Part shown: in pieces, positions 16,637 to 28,555 of the stretch
Numbering within the stretch: position 1 is the first letter of the stretch
Layout: every line of letters starts with the position of its first letter
NCBI GenBank assembly: GCA_020848545.1
Contig: JADLHZ010000047.1
Location: forward strand, 32,420 to 96,419
Direction of reading: 5' to 3'
DNA: 64,000 nt
Source: Deltaproteobacteria bacterium
GTDB lineage: Bacteria > Myxococcota > JADLHZ01
Position numbers and translations under genes: made by a program
Notes under the pieces: model-generated
What the model saw: the letters and a program-made list of their open reading frames with translations, nothing else
Database searches by the model: none
Told to the model about the DNA's origin: nothing

Positions 16637-18048
16637 AGCACCGCTTCCCGATGCCCACCGGCGCGCGCTGGGGCGACTACACGATCGAGCGCTTCGTCGG
16701 GCGCGGCGTGGAAGGCGCAGTGTACGCCGCGCTCGGTCCCGACGGCGCCCGCGTCGCGCTCAAAGTCCCCTTCGAGAATCCGGCGACGGCGATCCGCTGC
16801 GCGCTCGAGATCGACACGCGCCATCACCTCGCCACGACGCCCGGCACCGAGGCCATCGTCAACCGCTTGATCGCCGGCTCGCCCGAGATCCCGCGCTTCA
16901 TGGCCACGCCGCTTGCGAGCGCAGGCTCGTTGCAGCAGTGGCTCGAGACGCACGGGCCACTCAGCGTCGACGACGCGCTCGCGATCGCACGGACGGTGCA
17001 GGAGCGCGCGATGTGGCTCTTGCAGCACGGCCTTTGGTACTTCGATCTGCGCGCCGACAACATGGTCGTCGAAGACGGGGACGCGCCGCTCGCTTCGCGC
17101 CTGCGCATCGTCGATCTCGGCGCTGCGGTGCCGACCTATCCCTTGTTGCGCTACGAACGCTGGCCCTACTGCCGCGCGCAGACGTTGCCTCCGCGCGGCC
17201 GCGGTTGGTACTACGCGCCCTTCGAAGGCGAGGACTTCTTCCTCCCTTACGCGATGCTGCTTTTTCACCTGCTTACCGGCGCGAGCGCGTTCCCGGTGCG
17301 CCGGCTGCGCAAGGTGATGCTCGGCGTCGAGAAGCTCGTGCTCGACAAGCTCGATCCGCGCTGGCCCACGCCCGTGCGCGACTTTCTCGCCGACATGCTG
17401 ACGCGTGGAACGTGCGCCACGTGGCCTGGCCCGAGCCTCGATCCGGCGACGAACGACTCCGGCGCGCGTGCGTTCCTCGCGTCGGACAGAGCGGTCTGGC
17501 GCGTCGAGGATTCGCCGGCGCTGTTCGTCGATCTCGCCCGCGCCTTCGCGGACACGCAGGCGTTCTCGCGCATCGTGCCGGTGCGGCTGCCGCGCATCCT
17601 CCACGCGCTGCCAGAGCTGCCGCCGACCGCGGTCATCGAGCAGATCCGCGTCCAGTGCCGCTTCTTGAGCGACGGCGCCGTGGCCGAGGAGTTTCGTCCG
17701 GTCCTCGCGAGCATCCAGATGACCTCGGCGCTCGCGCGCTGGACGCCGCTGCTCTTTCACCGCTTGCCCGGCGTTGCGCTCAAGCCGGGTCGTGACGAAT
17801 GGACCGTCGAACGCCAGGTGAGCGAGCTGCGATCGATCCTCTTTGCGTTGGCGAACGGCGCTCCACCGATCCTCGTCATCACGATCTGCGAAGGGCGTTC
17901 GTCACAGCTCGACGCTTTTCTCGATGCTTGGGAGCGCGCCGGTCCGCCCGCCGGCGTGCGCTGGATCGCGGTGCACGGAGCGAACGAAAGTCTGCATACC
18001 CGCACACCTCGCGGCATGCGTTTCACAGTCCCGAATCTGCCACTCTGA
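16624..18048 (+). CDS. Atypical protein-kinase-like protein (paralogue 3 of 3)
   Basis: 474 aa. GRGVEGAVY Gly-loop, VALKVP, FDLRADNMVV, IVDLGAA. The ATG overlaps the GT stop region. Confidence 0.55.
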   Translation: MGRIKHRFPMPTGARWGDYTIERFVGRGVEGAVYAALGPDGARVALKVPFENPATAIRCALEIDTRHHLATTPGTEAIVNRLIAGSPEIPRFMATPLASAGSLQQWLETHGPLSVDDALAIARTVQERAMWLLQHGLWYFDLRADNMVVEDGDAPLASRLRIVDLGAAVPTYPLLRYERWPYCRAQTLPPRGRGWYYAPFEGEDFFLPYAMLLFHLLTGASAFPVRRLRKVMLGVEKLVLDKLDPRWPTPVRDFLADMLTRGTCATWPGPSLDPATNDSGARAFLASDRAVWRVEDSPALFVDLARAFADTQAFSRIVPVRLPRILHALPELPPTAVIEQIRVQCRFLSDGAVAEEFRPVLASIQMTSALARWTPLLFHRLPGVALKPGRDEWTVERQVSELRSILFALANGAPPILVITICEGRSSQLDAFLDAWERAGPPAGVRWIAVHGANESLHTRTPRGMRFTVPNLPL

Positions 18049-18135
18049 CCTACATGTAAGTCCTTGTCGCAAAGCAACAATTCGCTTGCCAGCTCCGATA
18101 CCGAGGCAGAGACTGGCGACCCGGTTGGAGGTTTC

Positions 18136-18960
18136 ATGACAGCGGCAAAAACCTACGCCATCGCACTCACGCTCCTCGCGGCGTGCGCCACCACGAAAGA
18201 AGCCACGCCACCGCAAGCCGCGGTGAGCTCCGACGCGCCGCTTGCCGCGAGCGACGAAGCGAAGTGCCAAGAAGCCGCTGCGCTCCGCGACCAAGGTTAC
18301 AAAGCGCTCTCGGAGCTGCGCCTCGCTGCGGCCAAGCGCGCGTACAACAAGTCGCTCGAGCTCGATCCCGGCAACAAAGGCGCGCTGATGCAGCTCGACG
18401 TCATCGACGCGCTCGCCGAAGATCGCCAGATCGGCACGTCGGCGGCGAACAACAACGTCTACGGCGGCGTCAATCGATCGCCGTGCGAGAAGTACGCGTC
18501 ATCGCAAATGCCGTCGCTGCGCCCGGCCCCCGGCGGGAAGGTGACGAAGCCGACCGTGGCGCTGCAAGGCCAGATCGTCACCTTCGCCAAAGGCACAGTG
18601 AAGCCGGCCGAGCTGCTCACACAAGACGAAGTCGAGAACGGGTTCAAGATCGCGCTCAGGCAGTTTCAAGGCTGTTACGTGCAAGCGGTCGCCAAGAACC
18701 CCACGCTGCGCGGTGATCTCACGTTGCAAATCTCGGTCGATCCTGCGGGCAAAGTGAACGAAGTGAAGTTCAACGGCAACACGCTCTACGAAGACACCGT
18801 CGAGCAGTGTGTCGCGGGCATCGCCGGCAAGATCGCGTTTCCGAAGCGCCGCTCGAAGCACGACATGAACGTGATCTATCCGATGAGCTTCGGCCCCGCC
18901 GACGACGTCGCCCTCGCGCAAGAAGAGCAAGGCCCGGCGAAAACGCGCGCTGGGCGCTGA
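18136..18960 (+). CDS. Lipoprotein with AgmX/PglI-like (TonB-C-like) C-terminal domain
   Basis: Lipobox LAAC after the MTAAKTYAIALTLLAAC signal. GGAG RBS 5 nt upstream. C-terminal domain with two Cys (QGCY...EQCV), typical of myxobacterial AgmX/PglI C-domains. Confidence 0.5.
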   Translation: MTAAKTYAIALTLLAACATTKEATPPQAAVSSDAPLAASDEAKCQEAAALRDQGYKALSELRLAAAKRAYNKSLELDPGNKGALMQLDVIDALAEDRQIGTSAANNNVYGGVNRSPCEKYASSQMPSLRPAPGGKVTKPTVALQGQIVTFAKGTVKPAELLTQDEVENGFKIALRQFQGCYVQAVAKNPTLRGDLTLQISVDPAGKVNEVKFNGNTLYEDTVEQCVAGIAGKIAFPKRRSKHDMNVIYPMSFGPADDVALAQEEQGPAKTRAGR

Positions 18961-18976
18961 TCCGCCGCACCGTGAG

Positions 18977-20020
18977 CTACTTCAAGTATGGAGCGAGGCT
19001 CGGCGCGACGAGCGGCGCGTCGTTGCTCTTGTATTCGGCGATCGCCTGCTCGCTGAGCGGCGCGCCGTGCACCTGCATGAGGCGGCCGGGGATCGCCGAC
19101 GACACCGCGACGCACACCGGCTTGAAGTCGCCGCCGCCTTGGTGCCGGACGTCGTGAAACTCGAAGTGGATGCGCGGGAAGAGCTTGGGCAAGAGCTGCA
19201 TCGCGGCGACCAAGTTCGCGTCGGAGTCGTCGTAGAAGACGACCTTCTCAGGCGGCTTGCCGTTCGTCATGTGCAGCTGGATCAACGCCGCCATGATCAA
19301 CGCCTTGCGCTTCGCCGAGTCCATGCCGGGGCCGTTGAGCCCGAGCGCTTCCATCTTCTTCGGCTCGTTGACCGCAAAGACGCCGGCGATGTCGACGCCG
19401 CGCTTCTTCAGGAACCTATCGAGGCCATGCACGACCGCCTCGCTGCTGCGCGCGGTGATGACGAACGCGCGCGTCAGATCGTCGCGCGTGTATTCACGCA
19501 GCGCGTGCATCGTCGGCGCGATGGGCTTGCTGCGTTGGATCTCGTCGACGCGGCCATACCAATGAAAGTCGAGCGTGTAGTCGTGCCACGCCACGTTCGG
19601 ATGCTCGAGGCGCAGGCGGGCATAGTCGCCCTCGTAGTCGGCGGTCGTCAACGCGACGGCGATCGGCTTCAGCGTCTTCGGATCGAAGAAGTGCTCGCCG
19701 TTGTCTTTGCGACGAACCCACACCGGCGCGTGCGTTTGCAAGAAGGTGTGATCGGCGTCGGTGAAGACGAGTTGGCGCACTTCCTCGGGGCGGTGCAACG
19801 GGTAGCCGAGGCGCGCGAGCTCGCCTTTCGCAGCGCCCGCGAGCGTTTGTAGATCGTAGTCAGCCGGGTACCACCCGGGCGGCGTGAGCCTCGGCGCGCT
19901 GCTCCGGGCGACTGTGCCATAGGCGTCGTTGAGGACGCGTTCGGTGATCGGCTTTTGCGCCGGCGCCGCGGCCCCTGGTTGCTCGACGCGCATCTCGGCC
20001 GCTTGCGGACGTACCTTCAC
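18977..20020 (-). CDS. HAD-superfamily hydrolase-like protein
   Basis: HAD motif I VFTDADHTF (DxDxT), motif II ITARSS, motif IV FYDDSDAN. Start uncertain (M1 or M10). Confidence 0.4.
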   Translation of the reverse strand: MKVRPQAAEMRVEQPGAAAPAQKPITERVLNDAYGTVARSSAPRLTPPGWYPADYDLQTLAGAAKGELARLGYPLHRPEEVRQLVFTDADHTFLQTHAPVWVRRKDNGEHFFDPKTLKPIAVALTTADYEGDYARLRLEHPNVAWHDYTLDFHWYGRVDEIQRSKPIAPTMHALREYTRDDLTRAFVITARSSEAVVHGLDRFLKKRGVDIAGVFAVNEPKKMEALGLNGPGMDSAKRKALIMAALIQLHMTNGKPPEKVVFYDDSDANLVAAMQLLPKLFPRIHFEFHDVRHQGGGDFKPVCVAVSSAIPGRLMQVHGAPLSEQAIAEYKSNDAPLVAPSLAPYLK

Positions 20021-20100
20021 GAAGCCGTTTTCGGCTCCACCCAGTCAAGGGTTGCGCCTGCGCGACAACATACATGGCCGGGCGCGCGATAACCCAAACC

Positions 20101-20697
20101 ATGAAGCATCAAGGTTTGACCCTAGACTACGCTCGCCACGTGGCTCAAACCATCGAACCCGCCGTCGACGCCGACGTCGCGCGCTCGTTCCGCACCGGAG
20201 TCGCCAAGACGCAGGCCTCTCGCGAAAAGGTGAAGGCGCGGCTCGAAGACGTGGTCGCGCGCCTCGAAGAAGTGCGCACTCCGCTCGCGGCGTTCGCGTC
20301 CGGTCCGATCGCGGTGCGAACGGCGCTGCAGCTCGACGGCGGCATGATCCTCGCCGATCTCGAGAACACCCGCGGCTATGTGCTGATGCTGAAGAACGCG
20401 ATCGGCCAGCTGCTCGAGCCCGCGCTGAGCGCCGCGACCGATCCGATCTCCGCGGTGTCCGTGCAAGCGACCTTGCGTGGCTTCGTCGCCGGCCTCGAGC
20501 AGTCGCTCGCGAACACAAAGGAGGTCGCGGCGCAGGCCGTCACCTCAGCAGGCGGCGTCGTCGAAGCCCTGATGCAAGACGACAAGGCGACCGCGGCGAC
20601 GCTGCACGCCGACGCCGCGCGCGCGATCGCCCCGGGCATCGCCGAGATCGACGGCGCGGTCGCGTCGCTCGCGGTGCTCAAAAAATCTCTCTTGTGA
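20101..20697 (+). CDS. Hypothetical Ala-rich helical protein
   Basis: Codon bias is consistent with the window. No family recognised. The ORF track starts at 20074; the ATG at 20101 is preferred. Confidence 0.35.
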   Translation: MKHQGLTLDYARHVAQTIEPAVDADVARSFRTGVAKTQASREKVKARLEDVVARLEEVRTPLAAFASGPIAVRTALQLDGGMILADLENTRGYVLMLKNAIGQLLEPALSAATDPISAVSVQATLRGFVAGLEQSLANTKEVAAQAVTSAGGVVEALMQDDKATAATLHADAARAIAPGIAEIDGAVASLAVLKKSLL

Positions 20698-20790
20698 GAG
20701 CAGCTCGTCACACCCAGCCGCGCGCCCGGACGGTGGCGATCGTTTCGGCGAGCATCGCGTTGCGCGAGCCCGTGGCGCTTACGCGCAAGA

Positions 20791-22854
<2,064 letters not shown>

Positions 22855-22988
22855 GTGTGTTTCCTCTGCTTCGTGACGCTTCTTGGGCCGTGGCAAAGCC
22901 TATTCCTGACGGTACTCGTTTGCACGGGTGTCGCGAGTTTTTCCGTGGTCGCGGCGACGCAGAGGCGACGCGATCGCCGGCCGCGATG

Positions 22989-24038
22989 TTACTTCTTGTT
23001 CCGTCGTTTGTTCCGAAAGTACTCGACCTGCCACTTCTGCACCTGCGCGTTGTGGCACTCGAGCGTCGGACAGAACGCGTGCGTCCCGTCGTTCTTCGAC
23101 ACGAAGAAGATGTCTTCCGAAGCCGTCGGCTTCACCACCGCCTCCAAGGCCTTCAACCCCGGGTTCGCGATCGGCCCCGGCGGCAAGCCCTTGCGCATGT
23201 ACGTGTTGTAGGGATGGTCGAGCGAGAGATCCGACTTGTGGATGTTGCCGTCGAAGCTGCCCTTCGCCAAAGCGACGGCGTAGATCACCGTCGGATCGGT
23301 CTGCAGCATCATCCCCTTCTTCACCCGGTTCAGAAAGAGCCCGGCGATGTGCGGCCGCTCGATTTCGGCGCCGGTCTCCTTCTCGACGATCGACGCGAGC
23401 GTCACGATCTCGGCGCGCTTCAACGGACACGACGCTTCGAACGGCGCCACGTGCTTCTTATACATCTCGTGAAAGTGCGCGATGAACAGCGCCACGATCT
23501 CGCGCGCGGGTCGATTGCGCGCGACGCGATAGGTGTCCGGGAAGAGGTAGCCTTCGCAAGTCTTCCCCGGCACGCCCTGCTGCGCGAGGAACGCTTGGTC
23601 CTCGCAGAGCGCGACGAGCTCACTCGCCTTGATGAGGCCCGTCGTCTCCACGCGCTTGGCGATCTCTTTGTACGTGAGCCCTTCGGGAAAGCCGATCTCG
23701 TAGAGCGCGACGTCGCCCTTGCGCATCTTGTCGAGCACGTCGAGCGCCGACGCCGTCGGCAGAATGCGATACTCGCCGGCCTTCGGCGCGCCCAACTTGC
23801 GCCAGCGCACATAGTAGTACGCGACGCGCGCGTCCTTGACGATGCCGGCCTTCTCCAAGATCGCGAGGACGGCCTTCGTGCTCGCGCCCGGCGGCACCTC
23901 GACGAGCGACTCACCGGTGCGCGCGCCTGGGGCCGAGAGCTCCGCGACTTTCGGCGCGACGTAGAGAAACCAAACGCCGCCGGCGCCAGCGAGAGCGACG
24001 ACGCACAACCCGACGGACAGCTTGAGCAGCGTCTTCAT
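22989..24038 (-). CDS. mltG: Endolytic murein transglycosylase MltG (YceG-like)
   Basis: 349 aa. N-terminal TM, YceG domain blocks (GYLFPDTY, ASIVEKE). Conserved ruvX-mltG adjacency. Confidence 0.85.
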   Translation of the reverse strand: MKTLLKLSVGLCVVALAGAGGVWFLYVAPKVAELSAPGARTGESLVEVPPGASTKAVLAILEKAGIVKDARVAYYYVRWRKLGAPKAGEYRILPTASALDVLDKMRKGDVALYEIGFPEGLTYKEIAKRVETTGLIKASELVALCEDQAFLAQQGVPGKTCEGYLFPDTYRVARNRPAREIVALFIAHFHEMYKKHVAPFEASCPLKRAEIVTLASIVEKETGAEIERPHIAGLFLNRVKKGMMLQTDPTVIYAVALAKGSFDGNIHKSDLSLDHPYNTYMRKGLPPGPIANPGLKALEAVVKPTASEDIFFVSKNDGTHAFCPTLECHNAQVQKWQVEYFRNKRRNKK

Positions 24039-24054
24039 ATCGGCGCGAATCCTA

Positions 24055-24495
24055 TCAGCGCGGCGCTTGCGCGGCGAGGTACGCGCCGAGGATCATCTCC
24101 GCCGCGAGCTGGTCGACCATGCCCTTCTTGTTCTTCGTCTTCACGCCGAGCGCCGTCATGTGCTTGTGCGCCGAGGTCGTCGTCAGGCGCTCGTCCCACA
24201 ACACGACCTTCAGCTGCGTGCGCGCGCTCAACGCCGCCGCGAACTTGCGCGCATCCTCCGCACCTTCTCCTTCGCGCCCGTCCATGTGCAGCGGCAGGCC
24301 GACGACGATCTCACCCACTTCTTCGTCGGTGCAAATCTGCGCCAGCGCTTCGAGCAACGCGGCGTCGTCTTTGCCGCGCGGCAGCGTCGCGTGTGGTTGG
24401 GTGATCATGCGCATCGAATCGCTCTTCGCGACGCCGACGTGACGCTTACCGAGGTCTATCGCGAGCACGCGGCCGATCGGGCTGACGGACGCCAT
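24055..24495 (-). CDS. ruvX: Holliday-junction resolvase-like protein RuvX/YqgF
   Basis: 146 aa. LAIDLGKRHVGVA N-terminus typical of YqgF. Confidence 0.85.
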   Translation of the reverse strand: MASVSPIGRVLAIDLGKRHVGVAKSDSMRMITQPHATLPRGKDDAALLEALAQICTDEEVGEIVVGLPLHMDGREGEGAEDARKFAAALSARTQLKVVLWDERLTTTSAHKHMTALGVKTKNKKGMVDQLAAEMILGAYLAAQAPR

Positions 24496-24498
24496 CCT

Positions 24499-25803
24499 CT
24501 AGGCAACCGCAGAGACCGGAATTTCGATGATCTTCGAGCCCTCTTTCTTGCGGATGCGACCCTTGATCTTGCCGAGCCGTCCGCTCAGGGCCGCGACGGC
24601 CGCGGCGATCGATCCGCCGCCCTGCTGCATCTGCTCGTGCGCTTGATCCAAGAGGTCGCGCGAGAGCGGCATGTCGTAGCGCGCGAAGACATCGACGAGC
24701 TCGGGATAGCTCTTCTCGATGATCTGCCGCGCCGCCTCGTAGCCGTGCTTGGCGATGATGATGCGCGCCGAGTAGCGCAGGATGTTGTAGAAGAACATCT
24801 TGTAGTCCTGCGCGTCGGGCTCGAACATGATGATGTCGACGTGCGGCGCTTTTTCGACGGCGCGCTCGAAGCCCACCTTCATGCGCGAGTGCAGGATCAA
24901 ACGAAACGCTTGATCGATCACCGTCGCCAGGCCCTTGTGCGCCAAGAAGCGCGGCGCACCACGGCCGTGCTTTCCGAAGAGCAGCGGCACCGCCACTTGG
25001 CCCGGATCGTTCATCAGCGGCACCAGCGGGTTCACGCAGACGATGAGCTCGGCGCCGTGCGCGATGGCGACGTCCAGGTGAAAGTTCTTCTCCGTCGCGC
25101 CGTCGATGTAGTCGGCGCCTTCGATGCGCGCCGGGCGAAACGCGATCGGCAGCGCGCTCGACGCCCGCACGGCCTTCGAGATCGGGATATGCCGGTACGG
25201 CGGCTCGCCGAACACGACGCGCGCGCCAGTGTCGAGGTTCACCGCCGGGATGTAGAGCTCGTTGTGCAGCTCGCGAAAATCGTCCGTGCGGCCATGCTTC
25301 TTCAGGTTTCGGTGGACGAAGCCTTCGAGCTTGCTGTTGCAGAGGAACGCGCTCGGCAAGCTCTCGCCGAGCATCATGACGGCGTCGGTGATCGTGATGT
25401 CTTCCGACGCCCGCGCGTAGGTGTACGCCGCCCGCGCTGCGACCAAGGGCGACGCCGCGCCTCGGATGAAGAGCTCGCTCCAATTCAGCTTGAAGATGTC
25501 GCTCCGGCGCACGCTCTCGATCGTCTTCGAACAGCCGGCGAGCGAGCGAAACAGCTCTTCGCTGGAGACGCGGTTGGCGAGGAACGCCGACACGAACGCG
25601 CCGGCCGACACGCCGACGTACATGTCGAACTCGTTGAGCTGCCGCTCCGGCAAGCACGCCGCGAGCGCGCGGATGACGCCGATTTCATAAACGGCGCCGG
25701 TGACGCCGCCGCCGGCGCAGACGAGCGCGGTCTTCTTCTTTCGATGGCGCGAGGCACGTGGTGCAGTCGCGGTCGCGCGCGTGATCGTCGGTAAGAATCC
25801 CAT
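24499..25803 (-). CDS. Patatin-like phospholipase family protein
   Basis: GGGVTGAVYEIG oxyanion motif, GVSAG (GxSxG) nucleophile, DGA catalytic Asp region. A GTG at 25809 is also possible. Confidence 0.75.
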   Translation of the reverse strand: MGFLPTITRATATAPRASRHRKKKTALVCAGGGVTGAVYEIGVIRALAACLPERQLNEFDMYVGVSAGAFVSAFLANRVSSEELFRSLAGCSKTIESVRRSDIFKLNWSELFIRGAASPLVAARAAYTYARASEDITITDAVMMLGESLPSAFLCNSKLEGFVHRNLKKHGRTDDFRELHNELYIPAVNLDTGARVVFGEPPYRHIPISKAVRASSALPIAFRPARIEGADYIDGATEKNFHLDVAIAHGAELIVCVNPLVPLMNDPGQVAVPLLFGKHGRGAPRFLAHKGLATVIDQAFRLILHSRMKVGFERAVEKAPHVDIIMFEPDAQDYKMFFYNILRYSARIIIAKHGYEAARQIIEKSYPELVDVFARYDMPLSRDLLDQAHEQMQQGGGSIAAAVAALSGRLGKIKGRIRKKEGSKIIEIPVSAVA

Positions 25804-25850
25804 CGACACCTCTCCCCCCGGAGCGGAGCGTGACTCTTCTGAATGATCCG

Positions 25851-26450
25851 TTACTTCTGCAGGAGCGTTTGCAGCTTGCGCTCGAGGCCTTCGACCTTGG
25901 TCTTCAGCTGCTCGAACTCTTTTCCCATCGTGGCGTAGTGGCTGGCGGCGCCCACGGTCTCGCGCACGCGCTCATCGACGCGCTTCTGAATGTCGTCGAA
26001 GACGCGCTGCGAGTTCTTCACGAAGCTCTGCAAGATGTGACGCGGCTCGGCCTCGTCTTCGGCCTTGATCTCGCCGTCGCGCGCTTCGCCTTCTCGGTGC
26101 AGCACGCGCCCGACGGTCTTGTCCCACTCGCCCTGCGCTTTTTCGAGCGTCGGCTGCACCTTCTCGTTGATGAAGCCGCTGATGGTCTCGCTCGACGACT
26201 GGATGATGTTGCGCAAGACGCTCAACGGCATCTTCGACTTCTTCTTCTCTTCTTCGAAGATGATCTGCGCGAGCGTGACGGCGCTGAGATCTTCGCCGGA
26301 CTTGTTGTCGACGACTTTGACGTCTTCGCCGCGTTTGATCATGGCGGCGATCTCGTCGAGCGTGACGTAGCAGCTGCGCTCGGTGTCGTAGAGCTTACGG
26401 TTTGCGTACCGCTTGATGACTTTCAAAGATGACGGCGCTGCCGGTTCCAA
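25851..26450 (-). CDS. phaR: Polyhydroxyalkanoate synthesis repressor PhaR
   Basis: The VIKRYANRKLYDTERSCYVTLDEIAAMIKRGEDVKV block is the PhaR N-terminal DNA-binding signature. Start inferred at a TTG (26450) preceded by GGAGGA. The ORF track starts at TTG 26522. Confidence 0.7.
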   Translation of the reverse strand: MEPAAPSSLKVIKRYANRKLYDTERSCYVTLDEIAAMIKRGEDVKVVDNKSGEDLSAVTLAQIIFEEEKKKSKMPLSVLRNIIQSSSETISGFINEKVQPTLEKAQGEWDKTVGRVLHREGEARDGEIKAEDEAEPRHILQSFVKNSQRVFDDIQKRVDERVRETVGAASHYATMGKEFEQLKTKVEGLERKLQTLLQK

Positions 26451-26562
26451 TGCGTCCTCCGACGTCCATGAAAGAGACGATGAGAAAGCGCCATATCGAC
26501 CCGGGTTTGTGCGCTGTGTCAAGACCGTGTGGCGAGGAAACCGGGGCCGCTCAGCAACGCGA

Positions 26563-27069
26563 TCAGTGCGCGTCGGCGCCTTCGGTGACCCCGAGCGAAG
26601 CCGCTGGGGTTTCTTCGCTGGTCTCTTCTTCGTCGTCGCTCAGTTCCTCGCCGCCCTGCAAGCGCGTGAGCTCGCGATCGATGACCGCCAAGATCGCGTC
26701 GATGACGTGCGTCCGGTGCTTGGTCTCTTTGGCGTCCGGGACGACCGCCGAGCGCTCGTCGAGAAGCACGTCGCGGATCGCCAAGAGCGCCCGGCGCTGC
26801 GTCTCTTTCAGGGTCTCCGGGTTCGCCAGCTCGCGCGCGCTCGGCTGCAGCACGATCATCGTCCGCTCGAAGAACTGAAACACCTCGCACAGGAGCGAGG
26901 CCAGCGGATCATCCTTGGCGTAGGGCGCGGCCGCGTCTTTCAGCGAGCGAAACACGACGATCGACGCGCTCAGGATCTCGTGCTCGGCGCGCAGCAAGTG
27001 CTTGGCAACATCGCCCCAGCGGCCGTACTTCTTCAGCGAAAACCACATCTCGATCACTGTCTTGACCAT
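26563..27069 (-). CDS. Hypothetical helical protein (possible PHA granule-associated/phasin-like)
   Basis: ATG with GAGGGGGG RBS. The phasin guess rests only on position next to phaR. Confidence 0.4.
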   Translation of the reverse strand: MVKTVIEMWFSLKKYGRWGDVAKHLLRAEHEILSASIVVFRSLKDAAAPYAKDDPLASLLCEVFQFFERTMIVLQPSARELANPETLKETQRRALLAIRDVLLDERSAVVPDAKETKHRTHVIDAILAVIDRELTRLQGGEELSDDEEETSEETPAASLGVTEGADAH

Positions 27070-27214
27070 GCTCTATCCATCCCCCCTCTTCGGGACCACG
27101 GGCGCTAGCTGTTCATAGAAGAAACAGCAACAAGTAATGTCATGAAAACCACACATCGACGCGGCGCGGCATGAACATTGTCTCAGCACGGGCTTTCGGC
27201 TAGGTCGCGCAGCC

Positions 27215-27946
27215 GTGACGCTCGAACGGTTGAAGGCGCAGCTCGTCGCGTGCTCCCACAAGATCGCGTTTCGCGGCTGGGTGGCGAACCACGACGGCAA
27301 CCTCTCGGCGCGCCTCCCCGATGGCCGCTTCTTGGCGACGCCGACCGCCGTGCACAAAGGCGACGTCGACCACACGATGCTCGTCGTCATCGATGAAAGC
27401 GGCGCCGTCCTCGAAGGCTCCCGCAGGATCTTCTCCGAGTGGGAGCTGCACCGCGCGATCTACCGCGCGCGTCCGGACGTTCAGGCCGTCGTCCACGCGC
27501 ATCCTCCGTACGCGACGGCCTGCGCGGTCGCGGGCTTCTCGCTGGCGGTGCCGGTGATGGTCGAGCCAGTCGTCTCGCTCGGCGTCGGCATCCCGAGCGT
27601 CCCCTTCTTCATGCCGAAGTCGGACCACGGGCTCGCAACGGTGGCCGAAGCGTCGACCCGCGCCGATGCGGTCATCATCGAGGGCCATGGGCCGCTGGCG
27701 TTCGGGCCCTCGCTCGAAACGGCGTATCTGCGGATGGAGCTCGTCGAGCACCAGGCGAAGATCCAAACGATCGCCCGCTCGCTCGGCGGAGCGCGGCCGC
27801 TGCCGGAAGAAGCGCTGCAACCGCTGCTCGATGCGCGGGTGAAGGGCGGACTGGCCGCGCCGCAAGAGGCGAAGGTCGTCTCGAGCGATCCCGCGCTGTC
27901 GACGCTCATCGCGCGCATCGTCGCCGAAGAGATCGCCGGCACATGA
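27215..27946 (+). CDS. Class II aldolase/adducin family protein
   Basis: 243 aa. HAHPPYATA metal-binding region and overall similarity to fuculose-phosphate aldolase/MTRu-1-P dehydratase folds. Confidence 0.75.
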   Translation: MTLERLKAQLVACSHKIAFRGWVANHDGNLSARLPDGRFLATPTAVHKGDVDHTMLVVIDESGAVLEGSRRIFSEWELHRAIYRARPDVQAVVHAHPPYATACAVAGFSLAVPVMVEPVVSLGVGIPSVPFFMPKSDHGLATVAEASTRADAVIIEGHGPLAFGPSLETAYLRMELVEHQAKIQTIARSLGGARPLPEEALQPLLDARVKGGLAAPQEAKVVSSDPALSTLIARIVAEEIAGT

Positions 27947-28533
27947 ACGCTCCAGGCGGCACGTTGCGCGGGCAAAAGGGCGCCAACTGCATCACGACGC
28001 GAGACTTCGTCCGCAAAGACGTCGGCGAGGCGCGCTGGCTCCGCTTCGTCGAGACGCTGCCGCCGGAGCAAGAAACGCTGGCGACGCGCAAGCTCTCCCC
28101 GGTCGAGTGGGTCGACTTCGATCACTGGATGGCGCTCGAGCAGCGCTTCTACGACGAGCTCTTCGGCGGCAGCTACGACGCGTACAAAGAGCTGACGAAC
28201 CGCATCATCAAACACGACTTCAACACGCTCTACCGTGCGCTCATCAAGATCGGCTCGCCGGCGTACCTCATCGAGCGCACCGCGCAGACCTACGGCAAGT
28301 TCTCGACCGTCGGGACGATGAGCTGCGTGAAGCTCGTGAAGGGCCCGAGCGAAGCCGATCCTTCGATCGTGCGCTTGGAAGGCGTGCCGGATCTGCCGGC
28401 GATCATCAGCGGCATTCACGGCGCGATCGAAGGGCTCATGGAGCTCAGCCGCGCCAAGAACCCAAAATGCTGGGTGCTGAAGAAGAGCGGCACGCGCGAA
28501 GCGGTGACCGTCGACTTCGCTGTCGTCTACTGA
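27943..28533 (+). CDS. DUF2378 (TIGR02265, Myxococcales-expanded paralogous family) protein
   Basis: 196 aa. The ATG overlaps the aldolase stop (ATGA). Family-typical length and conserved W/Y pattern. Confidence 0.55.
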   Translation: MNAPGGTLRGQKGANCITTRDFVRKDVGEARWLRFVETLPPEQETLATRKLSPVEWVDFDHWMALEQRFYDELFGGSYDAYKELTNRIIKHDFNTLYRALIKIGSPAYLIERTAQTYGKFSTVGTMSCVKLVKGPSEADPSIVRLEGVPDLPAIISGIHGAIEGLMELSRAKNPKCWVLKKSGTREAVTVDFAVVY

Positions 28534-28555
28534 GCTTCTTCGTACTCGAGAGGTC

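Noticed and set aside
22855-22988. Possible sigma-54 (-24/-12) promoter upstream of prkA
   Set aside because: The GG/GC elements found (tggcaaag ... ttgcacg) are on the wrong strand and have wrong spacing. No convincing match.
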